Assembly (NCBI GenBank): GCA_947085035.1 | Contig: CAMTUW010000005.1 | Coordinates: 22,057-86,056 of the forward strand | DNA: 64,000 nt | Direction: 5' to 3' | Origin: an uncultured Actinomycetes bacterium | GTDB lineage: Bacteria; Actinomycetota; Coriobacteriia; Anaerosomatales; PHET01 | Part shown: positions 9,596 through 20,360 of the stretch, piece by piece | Layout: every line of letters starts with the position of its first letter | Numbering within the stretch: position 1 is the stretch's first letter | Notes under the pieces: model-generated | Seen by the model: the letters and a program-made list of their open reading frames with translations, nothing else | Database searches by the model: none | What the model was told of the DNA's origin: nothing | Position numbers and translations under genes: made by a program

Positions 9596-10789
9596 CTAAG
9601 ATCCCGTCGCCACCGTGCCGCTTGCCACGCCCGCAAGCGGCGGTGCCCCGATCGGGCCAGCACTCCACGCGGCTGTCGCGGTCTCCTCGCCGTACGTGCG
9701 CACCACACGGTAGAGGGTATCGCGTTCCACGGCCACGTGCCCGGTCTCGGCGATCATGCGCACGAGGTCGTCTTTCGTGAGCGCCTCTGGAGTCGTCGCA
9801 CCGGCCATGTGCGTGATCTTCTCCTCGACCACGGTGCCGTCGATGTCGTCGACGCCGAAGGCCGTGGAGAGCTGTGCGATCTTGAGGCCCACCATGATCC
9901 AGAACGCCTTGACGTGCGGGATGTTGTCGAGCATGAGCCGCGCGATCGCGAGCGTCTTCAGGTCATCGAAACCGGTGGTCGCGGGCAGGTCGGAAAGCTC
10001 GGTGTTGGCGGGGTGGAACGCAAGCGGGATGAAGGCGAGGAAGCCGCCGGACCGATCCTGCTGCTCGCGAAGGCGGATCAGGTGGTCGACGCGTTCCTCA
10101 AGCGTTTCGATGTGGCCGTAGAGCATCGTGCAGTTGGTGGCGATGCCCAAGTCATGCGCTTCGCCGTGGATGCGCAGCCATACGTCGCTTGCGGTCTTCT
10201 TGTCCCATGCGGCGGCGCGTGTGCGGTCGCTGAAGATCTCGGCACCGCCGCCGGGTAGCGCGTCGAGACCGGCGGCTTTGAGGTCCTCGAGCACCTCGCG
10301 CGTGCTTTTGTCGCTGATGATCGCCATGTGCTCGATCTCGACCGCCGTGAACGCCTGCACGATCACGTGGTCGGGGACAGCGGCGCGGGTGCGCGCGACC
10401 ATGTCGATGTAGAACTCGTAGCTCCAGTCGGGATGCAGGCCGCTTACGATATGGATCTCGTAGGAGCCGTCAGCGGCACCCTCGGCGGCGGCCTCGGCCA
10501 CAGCGTCGAGCGTCATCTCGTACGCGCCCTCTTCGCCGGCGCTCCGAGCGAATGCGCAGAACTTGCAGCGGTTGCGACAGATGTTGGTGGGGTTGATGTG
10601 GCGGTTGACCATGAAGTAGACGCGGTCGCCGTTGATGCGTCGCCGGGCGAAGTCCGCCATCTGCCCGATTCCTACGAGGTCGTTTGACGCGAACAGCGCG
10701 ATACCGTCTTCGCGGCTCAGGCGTTGCCCGCTCGCGACCTTCTCGGCGATTCCCGAAAGTGTCGCGTCTGCGAGGTTGAACGTGGTCAT
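9596..10789 (-). CDS. mqnE: Aminofutalosine synthase (radical SAM)
   Basis: NRHINPTNICRNRCKFCAF, EIHIVSGLHP, HVKAFWIM, DDIDGTVVEEKITHMAGA. Confidence 0.9.
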   Translation of the reverse strand: MTTFNLADATLSGIAEKVASGQRLSREDGIALFASNDLVGIGQMADFARRRINGDRVYFMVNRHINPTNICRNRCKFCAFARSAGEEGAYEMTLDAVAEAAAEGAADGSYEIHIVSGLHPDWSYEFYIDMVARTRAAVPDHVIVQAFTAVEIEHMAIISDKSTREVLEDLKAAGLDALPGGGAEIFSDRTRAAAWDKKTASDVWLRIHGEAHDLGIATNCTMLYGHIETLEERVDHLIRLREQQDRSGGFLAFIPLAFHPANTELSDLPATTGFDDLKTLAIARLMLDNIPHVKAFWIMVGLKIAQLSTAFGVDDIDGTVVEEKITHMAGATTPEALTKDDLVRMIAETGHVAVERDTLYRVVRTYGEETATAAWSAGPIGAPPLAGVASGTVATGS

Positions 10790-10863
10790 GGGTGGGCTCC
10801 CAAGGTCGGAGGATACCGCCGTAGTCTATGCCTTGCCGGGCGGTGCTGCCACCGCCGCATCAC

Positions 10864-11619
10864 TCAGGCTTCGGCCGCAGCCGTCGCACCCGCATTCGGC
10901 GAGCTCAACAGCCTGTCGAAAAGCAGTGCGAGTGCCATCGCCGGAAGCGCTCCTTGGAGGATGAAGGCGTTGTTGTAGCGGTGAAAACCGGCCAGTATCG
11001 GCATCCCCAAGCCGCCTGCGGCGACGACAGCGCCGAGGGTTGCGGCGCTCACGTTGATGATGAGCATGTTCTTGATGCCGCCCATGATCACGGGCATCGC
11101 GAGGGGGAGCTGCACCCAGATGAGCCTTTGGGCGGGCGACATTCCCACGCCATGGGCCGCATCGCTGACGTCGGGCGGTACGCCGTCGATGCCAGCGATG
11201 ACGTTCAGCATGATGGGCAGGATGCTGTAGAGGACCAGCGCGACGATCACCGGTCGTGCGCCGTATCCGGTGGCGGGGATGATGAGCGCCATGATCGCGA
11301 CCGTGGGAACGGTCTGGGCTAGGCTCCCTGCGCTCACGATGAGGTCACGAAATGGCAGTCCCACCCGCGAAAGGGCCACCGCGCCGAGAGCCGACCCGAT
11401 GACGAGCGCGATGCCACTGGCGCTGGCGGTCAAGAAGAGCTGTTCGGCCATCAGCAGAGGGAGCGCTTTTGTCGGGTAGGTGACCACGTCTTGTCCTGGC
11501 ACGAGAAGGCGCAGAAGGCGCTCGAAGCCCGCCACGTCAAACGTCATCCAGACAACAGCCGCGAACAGCGCGGTGATGCTCGCCCAGTGAATCGTCACGC
11601 TGGCGCGAGCGTCACGCAT
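10864..11619 (-). CDS. Osmoprotectant ABC permease (YehW-like)
   Basis: QTVPTVAI, DAAHGVGMS..VQLPLAMP EAA loop. Confidence 0.85.
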   Translation of the reverse strand: MRDARASVTIHWASITALFAAVVWMTFDVAGFERLLRLLVPGQDVVTYPTKALPLLMAEQLFLTASASGIALVIGSALGAVALSRVGLPFRDLIVSAGSLAQTVPTVAIMALIIPATGYGARPVIVALVLYSILPIMLNVIAGIDGVPPDVSDAAHGVGMSPAQRLIWVQLPLAMPVIMGGIKNMLIINVSAATLGAVVAAGGLGMPILAGFHRYNNAFILQGALPAMALALLFDRLLSSPNAGATAAAEA

Positions 11620-12577
11620 CGGTACTCCCCAGGTCGTCTCCCATCGCAGCGACGAGCGAGTCGAAGTCGACCGTGCCCAAGGGGATGCCGTTCTCGCATA
11701 CGACGAGACGGTTCGCCCGGGCGCCCACGAGTTCGGCGAGGGCCTCTTTGAGGGTTGCTCGCGCGTCGATGTGGGGAGCGTCGCGGCATGCGGCGCCCTC
11801 GTCGAGCGGAGCGAGTGCGACCGCGCTCAATCGGTGGCGCGCCATGATTCGCAGCCCCAGGTTCTCGCCGAAGAAGCTTCGCACGAACGGGTTCGCGGGG
11901 TGTCGCCACAACATTTCCGGCGAGTCGTACTGCTCGATGCGCCCGTTTCGCAGCAGCGCGACGCGGTCGGCGAGCAAGACCGCCTCGTCGATGTCGTGGG
12001 TCACGAACAGGATCGTCTTCCTGAGCTTGGCCTGCAGGCGTCGCATCTCGGCCTGGAGATGCTCGCGCGCGAGGGGGTCGACCGCACCGAACGGCTCGTC
12101 CATGAGCAGGATCGGCGGGTCGGCGGCGAGCGCTCGGGCCACTCCCACGCGCTGCGCCTCGCCACCCGAGAGCTGCGAGGGCCACTTGGCGGCATAGACG
12201 TCGGGATCGAGTCCCACGAGGTCGAGCATCTCGTCGACACGGGCGTCGATGCGTCGGCGATCCCAGCCCATGAGCCTGGGCACGGTGCCCACATTCCGGC
12301 GGATCGTCATGTTCGGGAACAGCCCGGTGCTTTGGATCACGTAGCCCATCTCGCGTCGCAGTTCCTCGGGGCGACGCTCGAAGATATCGACGCCGTTCAC
12401 ATGCACGGAACCGCTCGTGGGATCGATCATGCGGTTGACCATGCGCAGCACGGTCGTCTTGCCGGAGCCGGACGGGCCGAGAAGCACCGTGAGCTGGCCT
12501 TCGGGTACCGAAAGGTCGATGTCGTCAACTGCGGTGAACGCCCCGTAGCGTTTCGTGAGCCCGGTGATCTCGATCAT
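11612..12577 (-). CDS. Osmoprotectant ABC ATP-binding protein (YehX/OpuCA-like)
   Basis: GPSGSGKTT, LSGGEAQRVGVARALAADP, LLMDEPFGA. Confidence 0.88.
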   Translation of the reverse strand: MIEITGLTKRYGAFTAVDDIDLSVPEGQLTVLLGPSGSGKTTVLRMVNRMIDPTSGSVHVNGVDIFERRPEELRREMGYVIQSTGLFPNMTIRRNVGTVPRLMGWDRRRIDARVDEMLDLVGLDPDVYAAKWPSQLSGGEAQRVGVARALAADPPILLMDEPFGAVDPLAREHLQAEMRRLQAKLRKTILFVTHDIDEAVLLADRVALLRNGRIEQYDSPEMLWRHPANPFVRSFFGENLGLRIMARHRLSAVALAPLDEGAACRDAPHIDARATLKEALAELVGARANRLVVCENGIPLGTVDFDSLVAAMGDDLGSTDA

Positions 12578-13758
12578 GCGGTCGCTCCCCATGAGCCCAA
12601 GGCCCGCTGCAGCACGAGCACGATGCGATCGAAGAAGAGGGCCAGAGCGACGATGGGCAGCACTCCCAGCAAGATGAGATCGCTGGCGGTCTGAGCGGCA
12701 CCGAGGAACACGAACCTACCGAGACCGCCGCCACCCACGAGGCCGGCGATGATCGCCCCGGCGGTGCTTTGCACGAGAGCGATCCGCACGCCTGCGATGA
12801 AGACGGGCAGCGCCAGCGGGAGCTCGACCTCGGCGAACATGCGCGGTCGGCTCATGCCGACGCCGCGGGCCGCGTCGATGACGCCCGGATCCAAACTGAC
12901 GATCGCGGTGTAGGTGTTGCGCGCGATCGGGTAGACGGCGTACGCCGAGAGCACCACGATGACCGGGGCCCAGCCAACACCGCGCACGCCGAGTTGCTCA
13001 AGCAAGGGAATCCTGTCCGAGAGCCCTGTGAGAATCGGATTCATCAGGCCGATGAAGGCCAGTGTCGGCAGGACCTGCAAGACGTTGAGAACCCCGAACA
13101 CGGCCGGTTCCAGGGTTCGTTTGCGTGCCGCGAGGAGCCCGAGAGACATGCCGGCCACGATTCCCGTTCCAACGGCACCGGCGACGTAGCTCAAGTGCAA
13201 ACGGAGTTCGCGCCAGAACCCATCGGCGCTGTTGGCGTACTCACGGGCGATGGCCGCTTCGGACAGGGCGCCGGACGCGGCGAGCGCGATGATGCCCACC
13301 ACAGGTAGATACGTGAGCACGGCGCGCCACGGGCCGGGGTCGAGCCATGCGGTCGAAGCGAAGATCACAGCGTAGGCGGCGAACAGCGCAAGCCACGCGG
13401 CCCAGCCAAGCGACGTGCGGGCGATCGAGCCGGTGAGCTCGACATACCGCAACGCTTCTGCGCCGTAGCGCCACACCAGCACGAGTGAGGTGAGGCCACC
13501 AAGCACAGTGACGATGTTTCCGCGGACGGCCCAAGGCAGTGGGACGAACGACAACGCGGCAGCGGACAGCCAGAGTCCCAGGAGCACCCAGCCCCAGCCG
13601 CCGAGCGCCTCGAGCAGCGGGAGCGCCTCCCCGCGCACGATGCGGTTCTCGCGAAAGACCAGCCCATGCGGCGCGAGGGTCGCCGCGACTCCGAGAAGTG
13701 CCCCGGATGTCGCAACGACCCTCGCGCGTTGCCGTATGAGGTCGGAGACGAAGGACAC
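12574..13758 (-). CDS. Osmoprotectant ABC permease (YehY-like)
   Basis: Long N-terminal membrane region, REYANS motif, DAARGVGMS..VELPLALP. Confidence 0.82.
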   Translation of the reverse strand: MSFVSDLIRQRARVVATSGALLGVAATLAPHGLVFRENRIVRGEALPLLEALGGWGWVLLGLWLSAAALSFVPLPWAVRGNIVTVLGGLTSLVLVWRYGAEALRYVELTGSIARTSLGWAAWLALFAAYAVIFASTAWLDPGPWRAVLTYLPVVGIIALAASGALSEAAIAREYANSADGFWRELRLHLSYVAGAVGTGIVAGMSLGLLAARKRTLEPAVFGVLNVLQVLPTLAFIGLMNPILTGLSDRIPLLEQLGVRGVGWAPVIVVLSAYAVYPIARNTYTAIVSLDPGVIDAARGVGMSRPRMFAEVELPLALPVFIAGVRIALVQSTAGAIIAGLVGGGGLGRFVFLGAAQTASDLILLGVLPIVALALFFDRIVLVLQRALGSWGATA

Positions 13759-13769
13759 GCCCCTGCCTT

Positions 13770-14732
13770 CTACTTGAGGAACCCGTTCCCCTTCAGGTAG
13801 TCCTCGGCCACTTTCGTGGCGCTCTCGCCGCCGAATGCGATCAGCCGATTGAGCTCCTGGAGTCTTTCCATGGTAAGCGACTGGAACAGCGGAGCAAGGA
13901 TTTCAGGGATCTCGGGGTACGCCGCGATGATCTCAGCGCGAAAAACAGGCGTGGGCGCGTAGACAGGTGGGACGCCCTTGGTGTCCTCGATGACGATGAT
14001 GCCCTGTTCGGCCAGACCCCCATCGGTGCCGTACACCTCGGCGACGTTGACGCCGTCGGTTCCGTTGACGAGCGCCTTGATGAACTCGGCCGTCACGCCG
14101 GTCGAGAGTCCGATCCGCTGGTCGTTCTTCAGTGTGAATCCGTAGGCCTTCTCATAGCCCTTGAGGCCCGCCGGGCTATCCATCCACGCCTGGGCCCCGA
14201 TGAGCTTGACCTTGCCGCCCTTGTTCACGAACGCGGCGAAATCCTCCATCGTGGCGATGTTGTTCGCCTCGGCGAACTCCTTCTTCATACCGAGGAACTC
14301 GCTGTTGTTCGCGGGAGCCGGGGCGAGCCAAGCCAGACCGTTTTCGAGATCCTTGTCCCGGACGGTCTCATAGCCTCTCGTCGCGTCACTCCACAGCGGG
14401 TCGCCCTCTGGTCCCACGTAGAACTGGCCACTTCCGGTGTAGTCGATCGTCGCGTCCAGGTCTCCTGCCACCAGCGCCTTGCGCACCACGTCCGGTGTGC
14501 CGAACTTCGTCTTGTCGACGGTCTTGATGCCGTTGGCCTCGAGCATCTGAATGACCATGGAGCCCAAGACGGTGCCTTCGGAGTCGAGAAGCGAGCCCAC
14601 CCTGACGGTCGGGCCCTCCTTGGTCGTTGGCGACTGCGGTGCGGCCGTGTCGGCGGGCTTGGAGCAGCCGACTGCTCCGACCGCGAACATCATGAGTGCC
14701 GCAAGGACGAGTCGCGTGAGTCTCGCGCGCAT
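13770..14732 (-). CDS. Osmoprotectant ABC substrate-binding lipoprotein (OsmF/YehZ-like)
   Basis: Lipobox AVGC; VRVGSLLDSEG, DYTGSG, APANN, YGTDG, PVYAPTPV. Confidence 0.85.
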   Translation of the reverse strand: MRARLTRLVLAALMMFAVGAVGCSKPADTAAPQSPTTKEGPTVRVGSLLDSEGTVLGSMVIQMLEANGIKTVDKTKFGTPDVVRKALVAGDLDATIDYTGSGQFYVGPEGDPLWSDATRGYETVRDKDLENGLAWLAPAPANNSEFLGMKKEFAEANNIATMEDFAAFVNKGGKVKLIGAQAWMDSPAGLKGYEKAYGFTLKNDQRIGLSTGVTAEFIKALVNGTDGVNVAEVYGTDGGLAEQGIIVIEDTKGVPPVYAPTPVFRAEIIAAYPEIPEILAPLFQSLTMERLQELNRLIAFGGESATKVAEDYLKGNGFLK

Positions 14733-14838
14733 GTATACCCCTCTCATAATCACAACTGCTGACATATCGAATCACAATGAGTTATGATAGTCGAAGCACG
14801 GTAGTGTTGCTATTCCCCAATCTCGACCGGGAGGATTC

Positions 14839-15336
14839 GTGACGATGGCAGGATGCGCGACATCGAGGGCCCCGCGCTCGCTTGTCGAGCCTCCGGTTTT
14901 CTCGCGCGCGGAAGAGGCCGAGGTCGCCGCAGCTTCCTACTACGAGCAGGGCTACTGGTGTGGCGAGTCGGTCCTCAAGGCCGTCAACGACGTCTTGGGA
15001 CACCCCATGCCGCCCGAGGTGTTCAAGCTGGCTTCGGGATTCTGCGAGGGGCTCGGCGGCTCGCGCTGCATCTGCGGGGCCCTGGCCGGCGGCGTGATGG
15101 CGTCCGGGCTCCTGACCGGCCGGGTCGGCCCCGAAGACGCGTGGGAGTCGAGCTACGACGCCGCGTCCGAGCTTCGCAGGCGCTGGATCGAAGACCAGGA
15201 TGCCGAGACCTGCGATGAGGTCGTGAAGCGCATCGGTGGCATGCATCTCCCCGAACGATGGGCGCATTGCACGATGCTCGTAGGTCGAACGGCCCGCTGG
15301 GTCGTCGAAGTCGCCTCTCCCGTGGACTCGGAGTAG
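14839..15336 (+). CDS. C-GCAxxG-C-C family putative redox protein
   Basis: GYWCGESV, GLGGSRCICGALAGG, later TC and HC cysteines. Confidence 0.8.
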   Translation: MTMAGCATSRAPRSLVEPPVFSRAEEAEVAAASYYEQGYWCGESVLKAVNDVLGHPMPPEVFKLASGFCEGLGGSRCICGALAGGVMASGLLTGRVGPEDAWESSYDAASELRRRWIEDQDAETCDEVVKRIGGMHLPERWAHCTMLVGRTARWVVEVASPVDSE

Positions 15337-15363
15337 CGGCGCGCTTTCGGGTACCCTTCGTGC

Positions 15364-16782
15364 ATGGATGTTCTCGCAGACTGCGCACGCGCCACGGTTG
15401 CTCGTCACGGGTTGTTGCCTGTTGGCGCGCCGGTGCTCGTGATGCTGTCCGGCGGCGGTGACTCGATCGCGCTGCTCCACCTCTTCTCCGCAGGCGCCTT
15501 CGGCGAGCGGCCGTTGCGCGCCCTGCATGTGAACCACCTGTTGCGAGGTGACGAATCCGAGGCCGACGAGACGTTCGCGACTCAGACGTGCGAGCGGCTG
15601 GGCGTGGAGGTCCGGGTCGTTCGCTACGACGTCTCGGCCTTTGCCGACCAAGGCGGGCTGAACCTCGAAGACGCGGGCCGGATCGTGCGCTACCGCTTCG
15701 CCGACGAGGAGCTTGATTCCTGGTGCGCGGAGCTGGGCTGTCGCCCTGCCGAGGGCCGCATCGCTGTGGCGCACACGCTCGACGATCGCGTCGAGACGTT
15801 TTTCATGCGCGCCGTCTCGGGGGCGGGCGCCGGTGCGCTCTCCTCGATCGCGCACTCTCGCGGGCGCATCGTTCGCCCGCTCATCGAGTGCGAGCGCAAG
15901 GCGGTGCGAGAAGCGCTCGCCGCGGAGGGACTCGCGTGGCGAGAGGACCCCTCGAACGAGGACACCGCGCGGATGCGTGCTCACGTGCGCGCCCGGATGG
16001 TGCCGGTCGCCGAGCGCCTCAACCCCGGCTTTCGGGCAGCGCTCGCACGTACGATGGACCTCCTCGCAGACGAAGACGCCCTGCTCTCGCGTATGGCCTC
16101 GGGGTTCGCTCGCGATTTCGCGGACGTGACCGCCGGCGAGGTGCGCTTCAATCGCGAGCTGATGCGAACCCTCGACCGCGCCATGGCCAGGCGCGCCGTG
16201 CGCACCGCCGTGCTCGATGTGTTCCCGGCGGCCTCGCGCCTCGAATCGGCCCACGTCGAGGCGCTCGTTGACGGCCTTGCCGACGACTCCTTCTCGCGAG
16301 ACCTGCCCGGCGGGCTCAGAGCGTTCACCGAGTACGCTACACTGGTCGTCTCGCATTCGGATGCTGAACTCGCGCGCGTGGCACCTTGCTTGCTCACTCT
16401 ACCCGGACACGCTCGCCTCGGAGCCGCAGGCGGGATCGTCGCTTCGGTGGCCGACTCCGCCGACACGTCCGGGGAGCCGGACTCGGTCGTCATCGACGCC
16501 GGGGCGGTCGGAAGCGAGCTCACCGTGGATGCGGTGCGCCCGGGCGATCGCATGCGGCCGTTGGGCATGACGGGGAGCAGGAAGCTCTCCGACCTGCTCG
16601 CCGACGCGAAGATTCCTCGCCGAGCGAGAGGCGCGGTTCCGGTCGTGCGCGACGGCGAGCGTATCGTGTGGTTGGCCGGTGTGAGGTTGAGCGACGAGTA
16701 CCGCGTGACCCGGGACACGACCCGGGCCGTTCGGCTCACGTGGCAGCGTGTCACAGAAGACGACAGCGAAGAATGGGAGTAA
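15364..16782 (+). CDS. tilS: tRNA(Ile)-lysidine synthase
   Basis: SGGGDS PP-loop, [19 protein letters not shown]; precedes hpt-ftsH. Confidence 0.93.
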   Translation: MDVLADCARATVARHGLLPVGAPVLVMLSGGGDSIALLHLFSAGAFGERPLRALHVNHLLRGDESEADETFATQTCERLGVEVRVVRYDVSAFADQGGLNLEDAGRIVRYRFADEELDSWCAELGCRPAEGRIAVAHTLDDRVETFFMRAVSGAGAGALSSIAHSRGRIVRPLIECERKAVREALAAEGLAWREDPSNEDTARMRAHVRARMVPVAERLNPGFRAALARTMDLLADEDALLSRMASGFARDFADVTAGEVRFNRELMRTLDRAMARRAVRTAVLDVFPAASRLESAHVEALVDGLADDSFSRDLPGGLRAFTEYATLVVSHSDAELARVAPCLLTLPGHARLGAAGGIVASVADSADTSGEPDSVVIDAGAVGSELTVDAVRPGDRMRPLGMTGSRKLSDLLADAKIPRRARGAVPVVRDGERIVWLAGVRLSDEYRVTRDTTRAVRLTWQRVTEDDSEEWE

Positions 16783-16790
16783 GCGGGCAT

Positions 16791-17339
16791 ATGCGACCCA
16801 GTCACCCTGACATCTTGAAGGTGATCGTCACCGAGAATGAGATTCGCGAGCGCGTCGCCGAGCTCGGCGCGCAGATTAGCGAGGACTACGGAACCGAGTC
16901 GGTCCTGCTCGTGACCGTCTTGCGTGGCGCGGCGTTGTTCGTCGCAGACCTCGCGCGCGAGATCAGCTCGCCGGTCGAGATCGACTTCATGGCGGTGTCG
17001 AGTTACGGCACGTCGACCAAGTCATCCGGCGTCGTTCGCATCCTCAAAGACCTCGACGAGAGCATCGAGGGACGCCACGTGCTCGTGGTGGAAGACATCC
17101 TCGACACGGGGCTCACCCTGAAATACCTGCTGCGAAACCTCGCATCCCGCAAGCCCCAGTCACTCGAGGTCGTCACTTTGTTGAGCAAGCAGGGTAAGCA
17201 GAGGGTACCTATCGACTGTAAGTACGTCGGCTTCGACATCCCCGATGAGTTCGTGGTCGGGTACGGCTTGGACTACGCTGAGATCTACAGGAATCTGCCG
17301 TTCATCGGCGTGTTGAGGCCCGAGATCTACACCGACTGA
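16791..17339 (+). CDS. hpt: Hypoxanthine phosphoribosyltransferase
   Basis: [28 protein letters not shown]. Confidence 0.95.
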   Translation: MRPSHPDILKVIVTENEIRERVAELGAQISEDYGTESVLLVTVLRGAALFVADLAREISSPVEIDFMAVSSYGTSTKSSGVVRILKDLDESIEGRHVLVVEDILDTGLTLKYLLRNLASRKPQSLEVVTLLSKQGKQRVPIDCKYVGFDIPDEFVVGYGLDYAEIYRNLPFIGVLRPEIYTD

Positions 17340-17377
17340 GCAGTTCTGTCATGCGTCACGATTAGGAGAAGTCCCAC

Positions 17378-19357
17378 GTGAACAAGAATTTTCGCACCGT
17401 CATCATCTATCTGATACTGCTCGGAGTGCTCGTCGCCTTGGTCGTGAGTTCGATGTCCGGCGACCGGACCACGCCGACCAAGCTGGAGACGAGCGCGTTC
17501 ATCGCAGCCGCAGGAGACCAGTTGATCGAAAGCGCCGTGTTCGTCTCGCGCGACGGCAGCATCTCCGGGAAGTACTGGGCTGACGAGAAAGCCAAGAGGG
17601 CGAAGTCCGAAACGAAGGCGTTCACCTCGACGTGGGCCGGCAACGACTCCTTCACCGAGTTCGCGTCGAAGAGCAAGGTGCCCTACACCGTCGACAACTC
17701 CGGCCCCAGCCTGTTCATCACCATCATCACGTCGTTGCTGCCGATCCTGCTGCTCGTGGGCATCATGATCTTCTTCTTGAACCAGATGCAGGGCGGCAAC
17801 TCGAAGATCATGAGCTTCGGGAAGGCGCGGGTGAAGCGGGTGACGCGCGATCAGCCGCGTATCACCTTCAAGGAGGTCGCCGGAGCCGACGAGGCCATCG
17901 AGGAGCTCCAGGAGATCAAGGAGTTCCTCGCAAGTCCCGGGAAGTTCCAAGCGCTTGGCGCGAAGATCCCGAAGGGAGTCTTGCTGGTGGGACCTCCGGG
18001 CACCGGCAAGACGCTGTTGGCGCGTGCCGTTGCGGGTGAAGCCGCGGTGCCGTTCTTCGGCATCAGTGGCTCCGACTTCGTCGAGATGTTCGTGGGCGTG
18101 GGCGCGAGTCGTGTCCGCGATCTCTTCGAGCAGGCGAAGGCCGCCAGCCCGTGCATCATCTTCATGGACGAGATCGACGCCGTCGGGCGCCAGCGAGGGG
18201 CCGGGCTTGGCGGAGGTCACGACGAGCGCGAGCAGACCCTGAATCAGCTTCTTGTCGAGATGGACGGTTTCGACTTCAAGGACAACGTCATCCTCATTGC
18301 CGCGACGAACCGCCCTGACATCCTCGACCCCGCGCTGCTTCGCCCGGGCCGCTTCGACCGGCAGGTCGTCGTCGATCGTCCGGACCGGAAAGGCCGCCAC
18401 GGCATCCTCAAGATCCATGCGCGAGGCAAGCCTCTGGCCGATGACGTCGATCTCGAGGTTCTCGCTCGCCGCACGCCGGGCTTCACCGGTGCCGATCTCG
18501 CGAACCTCGTCAATGAGGCCGCGCTGCTCGCCGCGCGTCACGAGAAGAAGAAGATCGACATGATCGAGATGGAGGAGGGCATCGACCGGGTGGTCGCCGG
18601 CCCCGAGCGCAAGAGCCGCCTCATGTCGGACCAAGAGCGACGCAACACGGCCTTCCACGAGGCCGGACATGCCATCGTCGGCCACAAGCTTCCCAACACC
18701 GACCCCATCCACAAGGTGACGATCATCCCGCGCGGACGCGCGCTCGGGCTCACGATGTCGCTTCCCACGGAGGACAAGTACAGCGCCACCAAGAGCGAGA
18801 TGCTCGACCAGATCGCCATGATGCTCGGCGGACGTGCCGCCGAAGAGATCGTCTTCAACGACGTCACGACCGGTGCCAGCAACGACATCGAGCGCGCGAC
18901 GAAGCTCTCCAAGGCGATGGTGACACGGTATGGCATGAGCGAGAAGCTCGGGCCGCAGACGTTCGGGGATGCGAATCACGAGGTCTTCCTCGGCCGCGAT
19001 TTCTCGGCGAACGCTGACTACAGTCCGGAGATCGCCTACGAGATCGACAAGGAGATCGCACGCCTCATCGACGAGGGCTACGAGAAGGCCAGAGACATCC
19101 TCATGGAGCACAGGGAGCAGCTCGACTTCATGGCCGACGTGCTTCTTGAGCGCGAGACGATCGGCAAGGACGAGATCGTGGCGCTGCTCGATGGTCACTG
19201 GGACGAGTTCCTCGCGGCGGAAGCCGAAGCGGCTGCGTTGATGCCGACGGACGTGGACGACGAGCCGAAGACGCTGTCAGCTGAGCCGGAGGAGTCCGTT
19301 GAGGATGACGATGCCGCACCCATAGGTCCGCCGATCCTCGACACAGAATCGAAGTGA
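17378..19357 (+). CDS. ftsH: ATP-dependent zinc metalloprotease
   Basis: Two TM helices, [31 protein letters not shown]. Confidence 0.97.
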   Translation: MNKNFRTVIIYLILLGVLVALVVSSMSGDRTTPTKLETSAFIAAAGDQLIESAVFVSRDGSISGKYWADEKAKRAKSETKAFTSTWAGNDSFTEFASKSKVPYTVDNSGPSLFITIITSLLPILLLVGIMIFFLNQMQGGNSKIMSFGKARVKRVTRDQPRITFKEVAGADEAIEELQEIKEFLASPGKFQALGAKIPKGVLLVGPPGTGKTLLARAVAGEAAVPFFGISGSDFVEMFVGVGASRVRDLFEQAKAASPCIIFMDEIDAVGRQRGAGLGGGHDEREQTLNQLLVEMDGFDFKDNVILIAATNRPDILDPALLRPGRFDRQVVVDRPDRKGRHGILKIHARGKPLADDVDLEVLARRTPGFTGADLANLVNEAALLAARHEKKKIDMIEMEEGIDRVVAGPERKSRLMSDQERRNTAFHEAGHAIVGHKLPNTDPIHKVTIIPRGRALGLTMSLPTEDKYSATKSEMLDQIAMMLGGRAAEEIVFNDVTTGASNDIERATKLSKAMVTRYGMSEKLGPQTFGDANHEVFLGRDFSANADYSPEIAYEIDKEIARLIDEGYEKARDILMEHREQLDFMADVLLERETIGKDEIVALLDGHWDEFLAAEAEAAALMPTDVDDEPKTLSAEPEESVEDDDAAPIGPPILDTESK

Positions 19358-19788
19358 ACCGGGAGGTCCACTACGATCTGACGCGGATATGGGCCGTGCG
19401 GGAGGGTTTCTCGCCCGAAGACGCCGAGGTCATCGCGGCCGCCAACTGGGCGTGTGACGCGCTCTACGTCGACTTGCAGGGAAAACGCTATCACTGGGGA
19501 CTACTCGGAGCACCGCTGGTCTCGCGGCGCCGGTTTCTCAAAGCGGTTCGTGAGGGGGATCGTGTCGCGTTGGGCGAATCGCTGCACGCGCTGCAAGACA
19601 CGATCGGTCACGGACTCCTCGGGCACGTGTACCACTGGCGCGGCATCGACCGAATGGAGCACAGGAGCCCTCGTCTTCGGCTTCGTCTGGAGCGGTGGAC
19701 GCGGCGGGTGCTTGCCGCGTATCTGCGAAGACACTCCAGCATCGGGTACGCTTCACCAATCAATGCCGATGCAGCTCGGGGAGCGCAC
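19354..19788 (+). CDS. Uncharacterised His/Asp metal-site domain reading in frame into folE
   Basis: HYDLT...[14 protein letters not shown] resembles Zn phospholipase C / P1-nuclease ligand motifs; no stop before folE. Confidence 0.55.
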
Positions 19789-20352
19789 ATGGATCGCGAG
19801 AAGATCGAGAGCGGGGTACGACTCATCCTACAAGGGATCGGCGACGACCCCGAACGCGAAGGACTGCTGGACACCCCTCGACGCGTCGCGGACATGTATG
19901 CGGAGATCTTCGCGGGAATCGACGAGGACGCTGGCGAGCACTTCCGCGTGACATTCAACGAAGGCCATCAGGAGATGGTGCTCGTGCGCGATATCCCGCT
20001 GTACTCGGTGTGCGAGCATCACCTGCTGCCGTTCTTGGGGCGCGCACACGTCGCCTACGTCCCGGGCAAGCACGGCAGGATCTGCGGCCTGTCGAAACTC
20101 GCGCGCGTCGTGGACGCATTCTCGAGGCGACCGCAGGTCCAGGAGCGGCTCACCTCGCAGATCGCCGACACCATCGTGACGCGACTCGATCCGGCCGGAG
20201 TCATCGTCGTCATCGAGGCCGAACACCTCTGCATGTCGATGCGCGGGGTGCGAAAGCCCGGTGCGCAGACGGTGACGAGCGCGGTGCGCGGCATCTTCGA
20301 GCGCAAGGCCGCGACGCGCGCCGAAGCGATGTCGCTGATCATGGGCAGGTAA
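19789..20352 (+). CDS. folE: GTP cyclohydrolase I
   Basis: [42 protein letters not shown]; own GGGGAG RBS. Confidence 0.95.
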   Translation: MDREKIESGVRLILQGIGDDPEREGLLDTPRRVADMYAEIFAGIDEDAGEHFRVTFNEGHQEMVLVRDIPLYSVCEHHLLPFLGRAHVAYVPGKHGRICGLSKLARVVDAFSRRPQVQERLTSQIADTIVTRLDPAGVIVVIEAEHLCMSMRGVRKPGAQTVTSAVRGIFERKAATRAEAMSLIMGR

Positions 20353-20360
20353 CCGCACGC

